Below are positions 1 to 12,254 of a stretch of 40,207 bases of DNA, piece by piece. Made by a program: the position numbers and the translations under genes. Source of the stretch: Azolla caroliniana (lineage: Eukaryota > Plantae > Polypodiophyta); assembly GCA_043228905.1 (NCBI GenBank), contig JBHGNT010000280.1, positions 1 through 40,207 on the forward strand, given 5' to 3'. The notes under the pieces are model-generated. The model was not told where the DNA came from and searched no databases. It saw only the letters and a list, made by a program, of their open reading frames with translations. Positions within the stretch are counted from its first letter, which is position 1. The number at the start of each line of letters is the position of its first letter.

Positions 1-3000
1 AAGCATGAAACCCTCACTGACAAGGCTAGGGATTCGATTTGTTCATCTACTCAATGATAAAATCGGATTCATGGAAGATCACTTCATTTGCATCTCTCAC
101 AGGCTCTCCAAAAAACACAAAATGACATGTCTTCAAAGCATTTTCTACATGATTCTAGATATCCAAATACAAAATTTGAGGAACTTTGCAATTCAAAAAA
201 TACATGAAAACATGTAGTTCAGGGAATTATGATTGTAAAAAGGCATGAAAATTAATGCTCTGTTCATAATTTATCTAATCTTGATGAGTATGTCTAGCTG
301 ATTGCTACTTAGTTTTTACGTACAAAGCGAGAGAAAGAAAGATAGAATCACATCTTTTAAGAGATTAAAATGGCCTATAAGACCAAACAAGAGATTACAT
401 CTTCAAATGTCTCATCTTTGAGAGAGAATCTTGAGACAATTTGTGGTTGCAAAATCCTGTAGACTGTTTACATGGAGAGAGAGAAAGAGGGCCTTGAGAC
501 AAATATTGGGTTCAAAACTCGTATTTTTCTCCTGTACTAGTGGCTCAATGCCCCGGTATTAGTGTTCCATAGACTATGTGATCAAAATTTTGGATATTAC
601 ACGTAACTTTCTGGCATAGCCTTCTCTTCAGTTGAATCATGATCAGATATTTTCTTGATATAGTAAAGCAGAGAAGGCATCCATGGGATGGGGTGGAAAG
701 ATAATGAGAAAGACTTGGATATTCGAGGTCAGAAAATCAGATGACATAAAAGGAAATGCAAAAGGTCAAACCCATACTCTTCTCGCTTCACTAGATTCTG
801 TGACAGCGAAGTTCTGTGTATTTCATAGTAATTGTCTCAGACAGATTTTTATTAAGCTGTATTATGATCAGAAAATCCTTGTTACAGAGAGATAGCGACG
901 GTGAATGTGGAATGGGGAGGCGATGATGACAAAAGGACACTACTTCATCACTCAACGTTAACAAAATTCTTTATACTCGCGCTCATATTCTTAGAACAAA
1001 GAGCATTTTCTTTAGTTAGAAAATGATTATATATACCTTTGCTAATCTACTAAAGCAAAGATGATATCATTTGTAAGAATGGCGATGCCATGGGATTTCA
1101 GAAATGGAAAAGAACGAAGAGTAAATAAGAAATCAGATGAGAGAGAAAACCTGTTAATCCTCAGCTTATATTCAGCTCAATTGCTTTCACTAGTTTACGT
1201 GACCAAGTTTGTGTTTAAGTGCTCAGAAAAATAATTTGCGTTTTTCTTCAGCTGAATAATTCCCGGAAATCCGCATTATTACTATTCGTTTAATAGAAGA
1301 ATAATTAAGCAGTACGAAATTAGATGAGAAAGAAGAAGGAAAACCTGTCACTAAATGGTGTGCCTCTTCTTGGTCTTTAACGATGTAGAGAGGTAGACAG
1401 ATTAGCAACCCAGGTAGACAATTCCATTCAAGCATGTCTCTTCAGCCTGTGTAAGATGAAGAGAGATAAACAAAAGGATTTAATTCATTGAAAACAACAA
1501 ACAGAGAAAGAAAGTGATAAATATTTTGGAAAGTATAGAAACTGATCGGTTCGAGAGAGAACAAGAATATTTTGCAAGGAATGCGAGGTCGTGATCGATC
1601 AGATTACAGAAACTAAATATATGATGAGACAGTAAAGAAGCGGTTAGTTAAGTCCGATATGAAGATGGAGGAGGGGGAAAAGGAAGAAGGCAAGTACCGG
1701 GATGAAGGGACGAAGCTCGTTCGGCATGACCTGAGAAACAGCGATGGAGATTGAAAATTAAAATTACAGATGAGAGAGGAGGCAGACAGAGTGAAGAAAA
1801 GATGGCGAGCTTCAATAGCGACCGAGAGAGAGAGAGAGAGAGAGAGATGGACATGAGCATGATGGATGGATGGATGGATGGATGGATGGACATGGAGATG
1901 GATATGCAAATGAAAATGAGCACACCATGGGTCCGCCACCTCCATCCAACCGTCCATCTCTGTCGCATCCGACGGTACATCTCCTACTTTTCCTCGCCTA
2001 TGTCGACATCCCCTGCCTACTTACTTTACTGTCCATATTCGTAAAGTGGAGCGTCGGAAACTATTATTATTATTATTATTATTCGATATAAAATAAGTAA
2101 GTAAATCAGTGGTAGCAACACAAGAGAAAAAAAAACCCCAATTACAAAAAGAGAGAGAGAGAGAGAGAGAGAAGAGTTTAGGAATGACTTGGATTTCATG
2201 GATCCATATGAACATGCACCCCCAATGTGCTTTTGTTTTTGGTGTGTGTGTGTGTGGGGGGGGGGGGGGGGCTAACCTAGCCTCTTAAAAGGTTATGTGT
2301 GTCGGAACTCAATCTTGGACAGAAAGAATTTGCTATTTCGTGGACACCGTTTATATCTACCATGGTAAGATCAAGGATATCAACGTCATGGTAGTGGTGC
2401 TCAATAGTGCTCATGCATTGAAATGCTTTGAATCTCTTGTAGTTGGACACCTAGTGCTCTCCTTGCAAAATAGTTTGGGATTAGCCATGTGGCAACCATT
2501 AGTAGCGCATATAATATAGTGTATCCCTACCAGCATAAGTGTTCTCCCCCTTCAAAACCCTTGAATTGGGATGAAAACGAAAGTCTTTGAGAATGAAATG
2601 GCATGGCAAAGCTTGGTTTGGTAACTATGCAAAATGCTAGTTCATTGTCACACATGAATACCGTGATCTATCAAAAGTGTGTGAATCAAGTCTCTTATGA
2701 ATATGATCATGTTTAGATATCATTATTTACTTCACCTATTCTTGTCGCTCTTTGTTCCGGAGCTTCTGATAAATGAATAGTGAGAATATTGAGGATTGAA
2801 GCCACATGTCGATACTTTACATACACAATCTTGCCTAAATTGATCGACGATAAAGCCTTGTTGGTGGTACTAGTTCAATTATATGGCACATATTATTAGA
2901 TATGTATGATGTTGACATCGAGGTTTTCGTTAGGTTTTGCTCAAGGTGTTAGAGCTTTAACCTCTCAATGATATAAGGTGGTCTTCCATTGCAATACATA

Positions 3001-3264
3001 GTAGGCTTATCTTACAAATTGGAGTATGAGAGTTGGGTTCTTGCTTGATTGTTTCCACATGAGCAATACCAACACAAACTTAGACTAAAAGGATGAAGAA
3101 TTTCGGCAATTTCACAAGCTCTACAAAGCGCCTTGACCGTAAGTGGAATTGCCTTAATGTCGTCCGGATTAAAACGACCTTAGAGGGCTTACCTTGACAT
3201 ACGATCCACACCATTGTTGAGACAACATGGGTATATTTTCTATATCATCATGTTCATATATTGC

Positions 3265-3304
<40 letters not shown>

Positions 3305-4905
3305 TCAACTTGAGTGGGAGAAAAATCATCAGCACAATTACGAAAGAATAAGTTGACGGCAATATTAAACAAGAAAATAAACTATATATAACCTAGGCCC
3401 TTCCCTTCTCTACTTTCCCATCACACTTTCTTCTCTTTACAAATACTTTATGGATATTACCATCATATTAGAGTATTTTGCCTCGTAGTGAGCCAGTGCT
3501 AATTAATAAAGTAATCAGTCAAGTCACATCCCCATAACACTTGTACATGATTGGCAACCTATGTCATGATGGAAGAAAGAAAATGTTATCAACTATGATA
3601 TCCTTTACTCGATACATACCATATTATTCAAAGGACACCAAGAATGTCTACTTGGAAATAATTGACTACAATAATTGAGTTTGTTTCTAAGAGAACATCC
3701 ATTGTTATATTTCTTTTGCTTACATGAGTATTTAACTTCAATCATGCTATTAACTTTCCCAAAATAGTATGTCCTTGAAATGTAGAGCCGATGAGATTGA
3801 GGTGACATGGGCTGAAGTGGTTGCAATAATTTTAACTAGATGGATTCCTATAATCTACCGAGATGATGATGAAAAATACTATTAATGCTAGTCAATAGTG
3901 CTATGGGGCATAATGATCCATGTCATTTCAAAATTCTTTAATGTATTTTAGCATCTCTTACATCAAATGAATTACTATACCCGAGCAAACCCACACACTT
4001 TTCCAAATTAATTTGTTCACAACTTGCCAAAATTAATTCACTTAGAATTCTAAAGTGTTCTAAACACTTTACTCACAATATACAACTAGTAAATCGTTAC
4101 GAGAATAATCACACACCATACAACAATATGTACAATATCCATGCCCTCCCCATCCCATTTATGTATTTTACAACCAAGTAGCACAATAAGTGTGCATTTC
4201 CAATTTCTAAATAGGGAAGATGGGGGTGGCCTAGACTAGAATAAGACATTGGTTTTCCTTGCACACTAATATTCACTTTGCACAAATGTTAATCCAAGTA
4301 ATGCAGAACCACCATCACATGCGCCAGCTCTAAGATTGAAACCTCATAATATAACATGAAAAAGCTTAGAAACCTAAATATAGTATCCCTTCTTGGCTCT
4401 TAGTATTGCTCAACTTATCACATGGGATGCAAATAAGGGATTTCATTTGCCACAATATGCAAAAGTGGTTGAGGTGATGAAACAACAAAAAGATGTTTCT
4501 ATGCCAAGGGAGAAAGCTAGAAAGACACAAAGTTTGACCCAAGGGAAAAGTATCAATGCGAATATTGTCTCCTACCGAGACGATCAAGATGTAATGAGAA
4601 AGATGCAAGAATTGGAAACTTAGACACATGAAATTGCATGATGGGATCTTTTGAATTCTCTAATTTTTGTGTATTGGGCTTACTTAGCAAATTATTATTA
4701 GGCTATCAACACAAGGTTAGGCCAAAGTTTCAATTCTTGACTTACGGAAATCTTTGATACACTATATATTAGTTATACTAAACTATATGCCACATCAACA
4801 TACTGAACTTCTAACCTTGTGATCTTTGAATAATGTATATATTATTAAAGCAAAAAGAAACTTTCTGATTCCTATACAAGGATAGTGAGGATCTTAAGGA
4901 AAAAG

Positions 4906-5233
4906 TGTTTATCCTGGGCTGGGCTTAGCGGCAAACACAAGGTATCCCTTTCCAGAATACTTATCCAAAGGGGTGGTCGAAGATATAACACAAACGGCAA
5001 TCACACAAGATAGACAATCAATAAATTAACCCAGATCCTTTATATATGCATATGGTCTAGGTACAAAACGGTGCCTCATCTGGCTACCCGATTACAAAAC
5101 GGTGCATATCTGGATCCGTAAATCCATTCGGATCCATCACTTCCTAATATAATTTATCTCTATAATTATCCATTATTCTCCAACCTCCGGTTCACACCTC
5201 CACCTCCGGATCATATTCTTCCTTCGGCCAACA
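4906..5233 (-). repeat. 3' LTR of the Tat-like element
   Basis: On the minus strand it reads TGTTGG...TAAACA and contains TATATAAAGG. It shares motifs with 39410-39845 (plus strand ATTACAAAACGGTGC, AACAC(A/AG)GGT, CCAAAGGG). Confidence 0.7.
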
Positions 5234-5235
5234 CA

Positions 5236-5275
5236 TGACACACCCGTGGGACAGTGCATTGCACGTCGAACCCAT
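5236..5275 (-). other. tRNA-3'-half mimic in the PPT position
   Basis: Minus strand ATGGGTTCGA-cgtgcaatgcact-GTCCCACGGGTGTGTCA, then TG, then the LTR. 33 of 39 nt are identical to 39848-39886. Confidence 0.7.
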
Positions 5276-5287
5276 GGGTCAACTCCT

Positions 5288-6530
5288 TCACTCCTCGTCA
5301 AGTATGTCCATGATACTTTGGTCCATTGGCTCCAGCCGTTCTTCTTCATTCACCATTTGCTGCTACATCTTCAGGTTCGGCTGCTTCACTTGTGACTCAG
5401 GCTGAGATCACGTTCTCTCCATCTCCGACTGTAGTTGTCGTTTGTTGATTTGTATAAACCGTTTGTTGCCCTGCTCGTTGCTCTAGTTGTGTCTCCAGCT
5501 CTTCTCTCTACGTTTCTGGCTGTGACTCTAGTTGGTGCTATGTTGAGGTTCCGACACCGCCTGTTGGTCTTCATCACTGATATTTATCTCTTCATCTCTT
5601 TGCTCTACTACTTTCCATCTTCGCTCCCGCTCATAGCCTTCCAACTCCAATGTAACATGCAGTTGGTCATCTTCGAATTCCTCCGACATCTTCAAGACTA
5701 CGTTTATCTATACTTCGGCCAACGCATAGAAGACCTCCGACAACTCCTCTTGAATGGTGATTATACTTTCTTCGTCCGTCTTGTAGAAGTTGTTGCCGAC
5801 TTTCTTCCAGTTTTCGGCATCCGCTCGGGGGATTTGGAGCTCAGTCGCCTGCCTCGACCACTGATTCCAAACCATCGCGGAACAATCTTCTATTTTCATT
5901 CTCGTTCGTTCCCTCAAGGCTCCGAAAATCATCCGGATGCGTTTGATGCCCATTTGTACCTTCTCCTCCGTGGCCTCCTTCTCCTTTTTCAGCTGCTTGA
6001 TCAAGTTTCCCGTTGTTGTAGCTTGCACCTCACAATTCATGAGTTGGGTTTGATAAGTTATTTGCACCTTATCCAACACCACCTTCGACCATTCTACCAA
6101 TTGGTTATGCTCCAACAACAACTCCATTTGTTCCTTACCTTATTCCTCCATCATCTTCGTCGTTGTTTCCGCCAGTAGTCTTTCTTGTGTCGTCAACACC
6201 TCCGTTTTCTCCTACACTTTTGTACGAGCCTCCTTAAGTTTTTCTCGTTGTCGGTCATATTCTTTCTCGAGCTCCTTGTACTCCCAATACAACTTGTCAA
6301 AGTTCTCGGATTTTTCTTTTAGTCGTCGATTGGCTTGTGCCCGCAACCGATCGTCCCGATTTTTTTGTTGTCGGAGTTCCTTCTAGAGCCGCTCGATCTT
6401 CGTTTCCACCATTCGCCGGAGCTTGGCCTTGTCCTATTGCAATGTGTCTTTCTCCTCCTTTAGTCGGTCCATGTTGCTTTGTAATCTCCAGAGTCCTTCT
6501 TCTATCCTCCGTTTCTTCTTCGTCTGCCTT
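5288..6530 (-). pseudogene. Decayed retroelement extra ORF (coiled-coil protein, roughly 400 codons)
   Basis: E/K/Q/R-rich reading frame (includes ORF 5708..6127) broken by several TAG/TAA stops consistent with C>T decay. It ends EEERLEPMDQSIMDILDEE*, matching LDEPLEPLEQSILDILDEE* at 39900. The start boundary is approximate. Confidence 0.7.
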
Positions 6531-6544
6531 CCTTAATTGTCCCA

Positions 6545-6564
6545 GAGTCCCACCGAGTGTGCCA
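6545..6564 (-). other. Primer binding site, tRNA-Arg-like
   Basis: Minus strand TGGCACACTCGGTGGGACTC, 6 nt after the LTR end ...ACAACA. It resembles the complement of the plant tRNA-Arg(UCU) 3' end used by Tat/Ogre elements (tRNA sequence recalled, not searched). Confidence 0.75.
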
Positions 6565-6570
6565 AAATAG

Positions 6571-6772
6571 TGTTGTAGGTTTTATGGTTAGGGATAATGA
6601 TAATGAGGAGTGGTAATGGCGCATGAGGATTAGCATTGCGAGATTGATGATGATATTGATAGTGATGAAGATGAAAATGGTGATAGTGTTAAGAATCATT
6701 ACGGGGTGGGGGGTGGCGCCATTCTCCCAAGGGGGTTCAACGTGAGAGAGGGAGAGAGAAGAAAAAAGGTGT

Positions 6773-6811
<39 letters not shown>

Positions 6812-7081
6812 AGAGAGAACTTTTTCATTTTCATTCATTCCCCAAGAGGGGGTTAAATAGTTACAAGAGTGGGTGCAAGCCCCCTTAGCCATTCACACTA
6901 ATCCCTCACTCACACCTCTTCTTATCTGCCCACATGCACACACGTGTGCATGTGTTCACATGTGTATCTACTCACACTCACAATTACATTCACACTCGTA
7001 ATCATATACATTACACATACATACAACAACATTAAGTCTCTTCACCCTCGCTCAACTCTCCGTACATCTCGTACGGTAACA
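6571..7081 (-). repeat. 5' LTR of the Tat-like element
   Basis: Minus strand TGTTACCG...CTACAACA, containing TTGTAA-CTATTTAA, AATGAA and (CT)n in LTR-like order and followed by the PBS. The first 8 nt are identical to the start of the LTR at 39845. Confidence 0.7.
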
Positions 7082-7398
7082 AAAAGTAATCTTTTTAAGG
7101 GGTTGTAAGGTTAGCCACTATAAAACAAGTGCCTCTTAGGACAAGGTGCACAAAGAGATAGTGACAAAATCAAACCAATGTACCTAGTCAGTACTCCGTG
7201 GAGACCATCAAAAGAACCCATTTCTCATACTCCACTTGTACTATAAACCCGAATACATAAGGAAACCACATTTTAAAGGATGACAACATTTTCCTAGTAA
7301 TTAGCTTACCCAAATGGTAAGTTGTTAACACTACAAAGCACTATGTCTTAGGAAGGTTCAAAACCCTATTACATACTTCATACATATCTCTTGTATAG

Positions 7399-7466
7399 CT
7401 CATAGGGGGGTTGAACCCATGATCTCTTCGTCTCCATCAAGCATCCTTATCAATTGAGCTACATCC
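7399..7466 (-). mobile_element. tRNA-derived SINE head or tRNA pseudogene
   Basis: Minus strand A-box-like TAGCTCAATTGA and B-box-like GGTTCAACCC at tRNA-like spacing. No intact cloverleaf is seen. Confidence 0.5.
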
Positions 7467-9641
7467 ATTTGGGCTTTTTCCTACTATCTCTCTCTCTCGT
7501 AGAAAAATAAGTATTTCAATGCAAAAGGCATTGTAAATTTGGTTGACATAGAAGTGAATGACGTCTCTTTTGATGATGACAGTTCTAAGTGGGCCAAATC
7601 TTTGTGACATGCCATTGAGGCATACTTTTGCCATGTCTTTCTCATTGAATGAACATCAATGGAGGTAAGAGAGTCACCTAGGCCCTCTATTTTTAAAGTG
7701 TAGCTCTTGATAGACATACCCATTTGAAGCTTCAATTAGCTTAGCACAAAAGATCTTTGAGAGATTTTCTCATGCCTCCTTTGGCATGTTCACATCTTGA
7801 ATGTATGCAAGTATATGATCGCGCATACACAATGTTAGACAACACATGGCATGGCTTTTTGCTCGTTTCCATCCCTCATAGTTGGCATACTATGTGAAAA
7901 TATTTCACTTTTGGCCTTGTAGGCAATATTTTCAAGAATGAGAATACACACATACACCACACACACTCTACTCTCTCTTTCTCACTTTGGCCAACAAGTC
8001 TTTATATTTTCCTTATGTTCTTGTTTTAACATAGTGATGAAGTTCCTTGAAGCAAAATTACGCAAGTTTCAATCTTCATGAATGCTACATGACATATTAT
8101 CTCTATGCATGTGTCAACATATTTACATGTAGAAGCAAATTAACTTCATTATATTTTTTTCAAAACAAAAGAAGAAAAGAAGAAAAGGGAGGAAATGTAT
8201 CTCAATATTCAAATGTTTTCAAAAGAAAATTGATGAAGAGAAAAGGAATACAATATGGTGGCAATAAAACCTTGTGGCTGTCGCGACATGTGATGAAATG
8301 AAACATAATAAAGAAAGGAAGGAACATTATTGTGGGGCGACAAACCAACCTTTGTCTACAGTTGCATTCATTACATACTTGGTCTTTATTTCAATTATAT
8401 ATGTATGTAAGGGGCAAGAAAAGAAAAGCCAAGGATAGGTGAGATGGAAGCAACAAATGATGACTTAGTCAAACGACATTGATGAGGATAGTACGCTATC
8501 AATGCTCAAAAACATACTCCAGTTTTATTGTAGCATCCTCACATCAGCTTTAAACTTGGAGATACATAACTTAAACTATAAGCCATTACATCATAACTTC
8601 ACCAAAATTTCTACGGAATTAATTCCTATAAATCCACAGTAGGCTCATGTGATTTGCTATTATTTCATGCATGAAAAGGAAACTGGCTAATCACTGAATA
8701 ATTGTTCCCTTCAAAGGGAGGGCCCACCTTAGGAGTCACTATATCACATAACATTCTGGTCAGTGAGGGGAGTTAAAAATCCGTGACATAGTTTTTTTGT
8801 GATTCTTGAAAAACTCGACCCGAATATATCACCTCACATTCATGTGATGGGGGTTTAAAACCATCACATAGTTTTTATCGCAATATCCTTGAAAGATGAG
8901 ATCCAAAATTTATTTACTCCCCCCATGATCGAGCGATTCGAGGTTTTTTAATACACTCCATGATATCAATCCCATAGCAGATTTGGGATAAAGTGGGGCT
9001 CAATCAAACAACACTAATCAGGATTCAGGAGGATAACAAATGGGTTAAAGCAAAAAACTCCGCGGGCAGAGTGTTGGGACATCACTCACATGTAAGCTCT
9101 CTTTCTCCCCCAAGGTAAACACAGCTTTGGAAATTGGGATTTCAAGGAATTTAAAAGTTAAGACGAGTTGTGGGTGTGTTCTTCCCGTACCCCCAAGGTA
9201 AAAAACATAAAAAAAAATAAAATCACTCTCTTTCTACGCATTTAAAGAGCAGACAGAGAGAGTGGGATGGATTCCCTCACGTGATGCTTGTGAAAGAAAG
9301 ACAATGACAATGATTTGAGGTCAAAATGTAAACCTGTGGGTGGGTAATGTTCATGTTGATGTGGATGGATCACTCTCTAGCTAAGGCCTACAGATGATTT
9401 TTTGTGGTGTAATCATAATGAGAAAGAAGAAAATGCAGCAAAGATAGCCCTAGCGATCTTGCAGAGGAAGGAGTAAAAAATAGAGCAGAGCGTGTGTGCG
9501 CACCACATGAAGCCATAGGTGAAATGAGCTGACCAAGAATGAAGAGAAGAAGAAGATAAGCAAAGACTGTTTTCTTTTTTCTTTTTTGAGGAGGAAGAAA
9601 GGAAAGGATATACATATACTGATACTGATACTGATACAGCT

Positions 9642-10298
9642 ATGGAGGAAACAGAGGAGGAGGAGCATCATGAAGAACAGAACAAGGGCAGCCATTACCA
9701 AAATTTCAAGGAAAAAGAGCAAGAAGAGTATGCATCCTCCTCGTCGTACTCCTCAGAAGATGAGGGCAAGAAGAAGAAGGCAAAGAAGAAGAATGGTATG
9801 AAGAAGAGTAAGCAGGAGAAGAAGGCGATTAGGGTAAACCCGTGTTTAGTGTTGCTAAACATATTGTTTGCGTGTGTGGGGGTGGCGTTCATTGGCATAG
9901 GCGTGTGGATATCTGTCAACCATGGTACAAACTGCGTACATTTCCTTCAGACGTTTCTGATAGGGGTGGGCCTCTTCATGGTCGCAGTGGCTGCCTCTGG
10001 CATCGTGGGCGCTATGTGGAGCATTCTCTGGTTACTCTACCTCAACTTCATAGTAATGCTCTTGCTCTTATTGCTGGTGGTTGGAACCACTGTCTTTGTC
10101 TTGGTCATCACTAGCCATGGCGTCTCCGCATCTATCAAATCGGAGCACTCCTCAAATCACAACCCTCTCTCTGGTTGGCTTCGAGATCGCGTCAACCAAC
10201 GTATACGATCTTGTACCCAGAATGGCCAGATCTGCAATTTTGTGCAATATACCTACTCCACAGGATACTACAGTAGGCCCCGCCTCTCTGACCTGCAG
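9642..10298 (+). CDS. TET: Tetraspanin, exon 1 (N-tail, TM1-TM3, first part of EC2)
   Basis: LLNILF...GIGVWI...TNCVHFLQ...GLFMVAVAASGIVGA...WLLYL...VFVLVITSHG and SGWLRDRV...IRSC....IC follow the plant tetraspanin pattern. Phase-0 donor CAG|GTACAT at 10298/10299 after LSDLQ, the conserved plant TET intron position. Confidence 0.9.
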
Positions 10299-11915
10299 GT
10301 ACATTCTTCTCATTCTCCTCTTAAGAAAAACGCTAAAATGCTCCTAACTTGTTGGGGGTTTACCAGAGTTTTGTAAAGTTCACCACAAACATCACTCGGA
10401 CATTCAGTATTTGCCAGAATTGTGTGCTACATTATTGATTGGTACTCTTGGTGAGTTACCTACTTTGGGTATTATTCTGCTAAAAGGTCTACACTAACAA
10501 GTTAAGGGATATCTTGGTATTTTGCCCCATTGTTTTTTCAAGTTGTAGACACTGCCTTCTTAATGAATTATATTTGCATCACTCGCACCCAGAAGATTGG
10601 TTTGGCTTCACCGTTTTAGGGTAACCTTCCTTGATGTCTACCCACATTGTGGTGGATTAGGACCTATCATTATGAGCTATTTGTAAGGGTGGTAGAACCT
10701 GGTGTAATGTTCTTAGGATAGCAGTGTGAGCTTTTTCTAGTCAGGTAGTGCAGCCAGAAAACCTCATAATGTTGAACCCCCCCCCCCCCGCCCTTGGACA
10801 CAGAAGGTGGTCTCATTTGATAAATTTATGGAACTAAACAGTGACATTGCCTGATTGAATGTGTTGCGGGATCATTGGGAAAATCTAGATATCGGGTGAG
10901 AGTCTTCAATGGACAACCGAATCAGTCAGTGAGGAGTGTGTTCAGTTCTTTTTAACCAGGCACTCAGAAAATCTTTGCTTCATTGTCTTAAGGTCAGATG
11001 GCCTTCAGCCATCATAGAAACATGACGGACAATTTGTTCTTTCCCACCTGGGGAAATGCCTAAAACTTCTTATAACTTCTAGAGACGTTTAAGAGTGCAA
11101 GTTACAACTGAAAAATAGGAGTTCCGTTGAGGTGACGATGGCTTTTTTAAGGTGATTGGCCACTGAGAGATTCCATCCTGATTCCCCATGCACAGCTGGG
11201 TCAAAGTCACTCCCTCCCTTCTTCATTTGTCAAGGAGATTCAACTTTTGTATAATTCTCCACCCTACCCTATAGATTTGCATCTAAGTGTTAATGTGACA
11301 ATCTAGTCTTCAATTCCAGACTGTGGTTGCTTGATACAGAAATCTATGGTTGAAAACAGCCCCTTTCTCTATAGATTCGGCAGAGGGTAATCCTTTCATG
11401 GAATTTTCCATCTCTTCATGCTCTTTATCATTGGATTCATTTGTCTGTAATCCTGTCTTGTTTGTTATACAGAGTGAAATGGAATCAAACCAATGGAATC
11501 GAATGGGCGCTCTCGGCAGTCCCCCTTCCGTTTTGTGATTTTTCTAAGTCTTATCACTAAACGCACCAATCTTTGGGACTCAATATGGACATGTTGAATC
11601 TTCTCAAATCTCTCTTGCTCTATGGATCATCGTTATTATGAGAGCATTGGGAATCGCTTGACTAGGATTGACTGAATATGTTGTTGGTCTATGTTCCTGA
11701 GTGAGTTCACAACTGTATTAGTGACTGCTTTTTTTGCAGTAGATTGATAACATGTATTTATTGTGTGGCTGTGGTATAAGAAAAGTGAGGTTTTAAAAGT
11801 TATGCTAGTTGATTGCTCTGATGCATGAATGAAGGTGGAGGTGCGTGTCGTAGTATCCGACATAGGGGCGGGGTTCTGAATCGTGATGATGTATCTTGTG
11901 TTTGTTGAATTACAG

Positions 11916-12254
11916 AGGGCATGTTGTGAGGCACCGTCGGGATGCAACAGCAACAATGTGGGTGGGAACGAAACAGCTATGGCTATGGCGATGGCGATTG
12001 CATCTGACTGCGAGGCATGGCGGGAGGTTGGCGCCACCACCGGTTTCTGTTCACACTGCAGCTTGTGCCGAGCTGCAGTCACAGAAAACATTCGGCACGT
12101 GTGGCACACGGTTGCCATCTTTAAGATCATCATGCTCCTCATCCTCCTCCCCGCATATTTCATCACTTGTTGCAACTTCAAGCAAGATGATGGTAATAGC
12201 TACAGTAGGGGAGGTTGTAGACAGTGTCTGGATTGCTGCTTCAATGTGCTCTAG
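11916..12254 (+). CDS. TET: Tetraspanin, exon 2 (EC2 Cys motifs, TM4, C-tail); spliced protein 331 aa
   Basis: Acceptor TTACAG|AGG. RACCEAPSGC corresponds to SGCCKPP..C, followed by DCEAW, FCSHCSLCRAAV..N....W..VA and TM4 ending in CC. Confidence 0.9.
   Translation, partial: RACCEAPSGCNSNNVGGNETAMAMAMAIASDCEAWREVGATTGFCSHCSLCRAAVTENIRHVWHTVAIFKIIMLLILLPAYFITCCNFKQDDGNSYSRGGCRQCLDCCFNVL

Larger units (their letters stand above)
4906..7081 (-). mobile_element. Internally deleted Gypsy/Tat-like LTR retroelement (5' LTR, tRNA-Arg-like PBS, decayed coiled-coil ORF, tRNA-like motif, 3' LTR)
   Basis: TG...CA termini with identical 5-bp flanks AAAAG (4901-4905 and 7082-7086). PBS lies next to one LTR. 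The 3' part is homologous to the element at 39410-40207. No gag or pol is visible. Confidence 0.7.

Noticed and set aside
1-2270. Possible 5' end (promoter, UTR, first intron) of a minus-strand gene, and the short ORFs at 1613-2091
   Set aside because: The ORFs are translations of (GA)n, (GGAT)n and (TAT)n microsatellites. Splice-like sites near 1700-1735 exist, but no recognisable coding exon supports a model.
4393-4623. 76-aa ORF in a region that may be old TE sequence
   Set aside because: No recognisable motif, so it cannot be assigned.
5435-6178. 247-aa hydrophobic plus-strand ORF resembling a membrane protein
   Set aside because: It is the antisense shadow of the E/K-rich coiled-coil ORF on the minus strand.
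8755-8915. Two diverged direct repeats of about 80 bp upstream of the tetraspanin
   Set aside because: Too degenerate; no TIR or TSD established.
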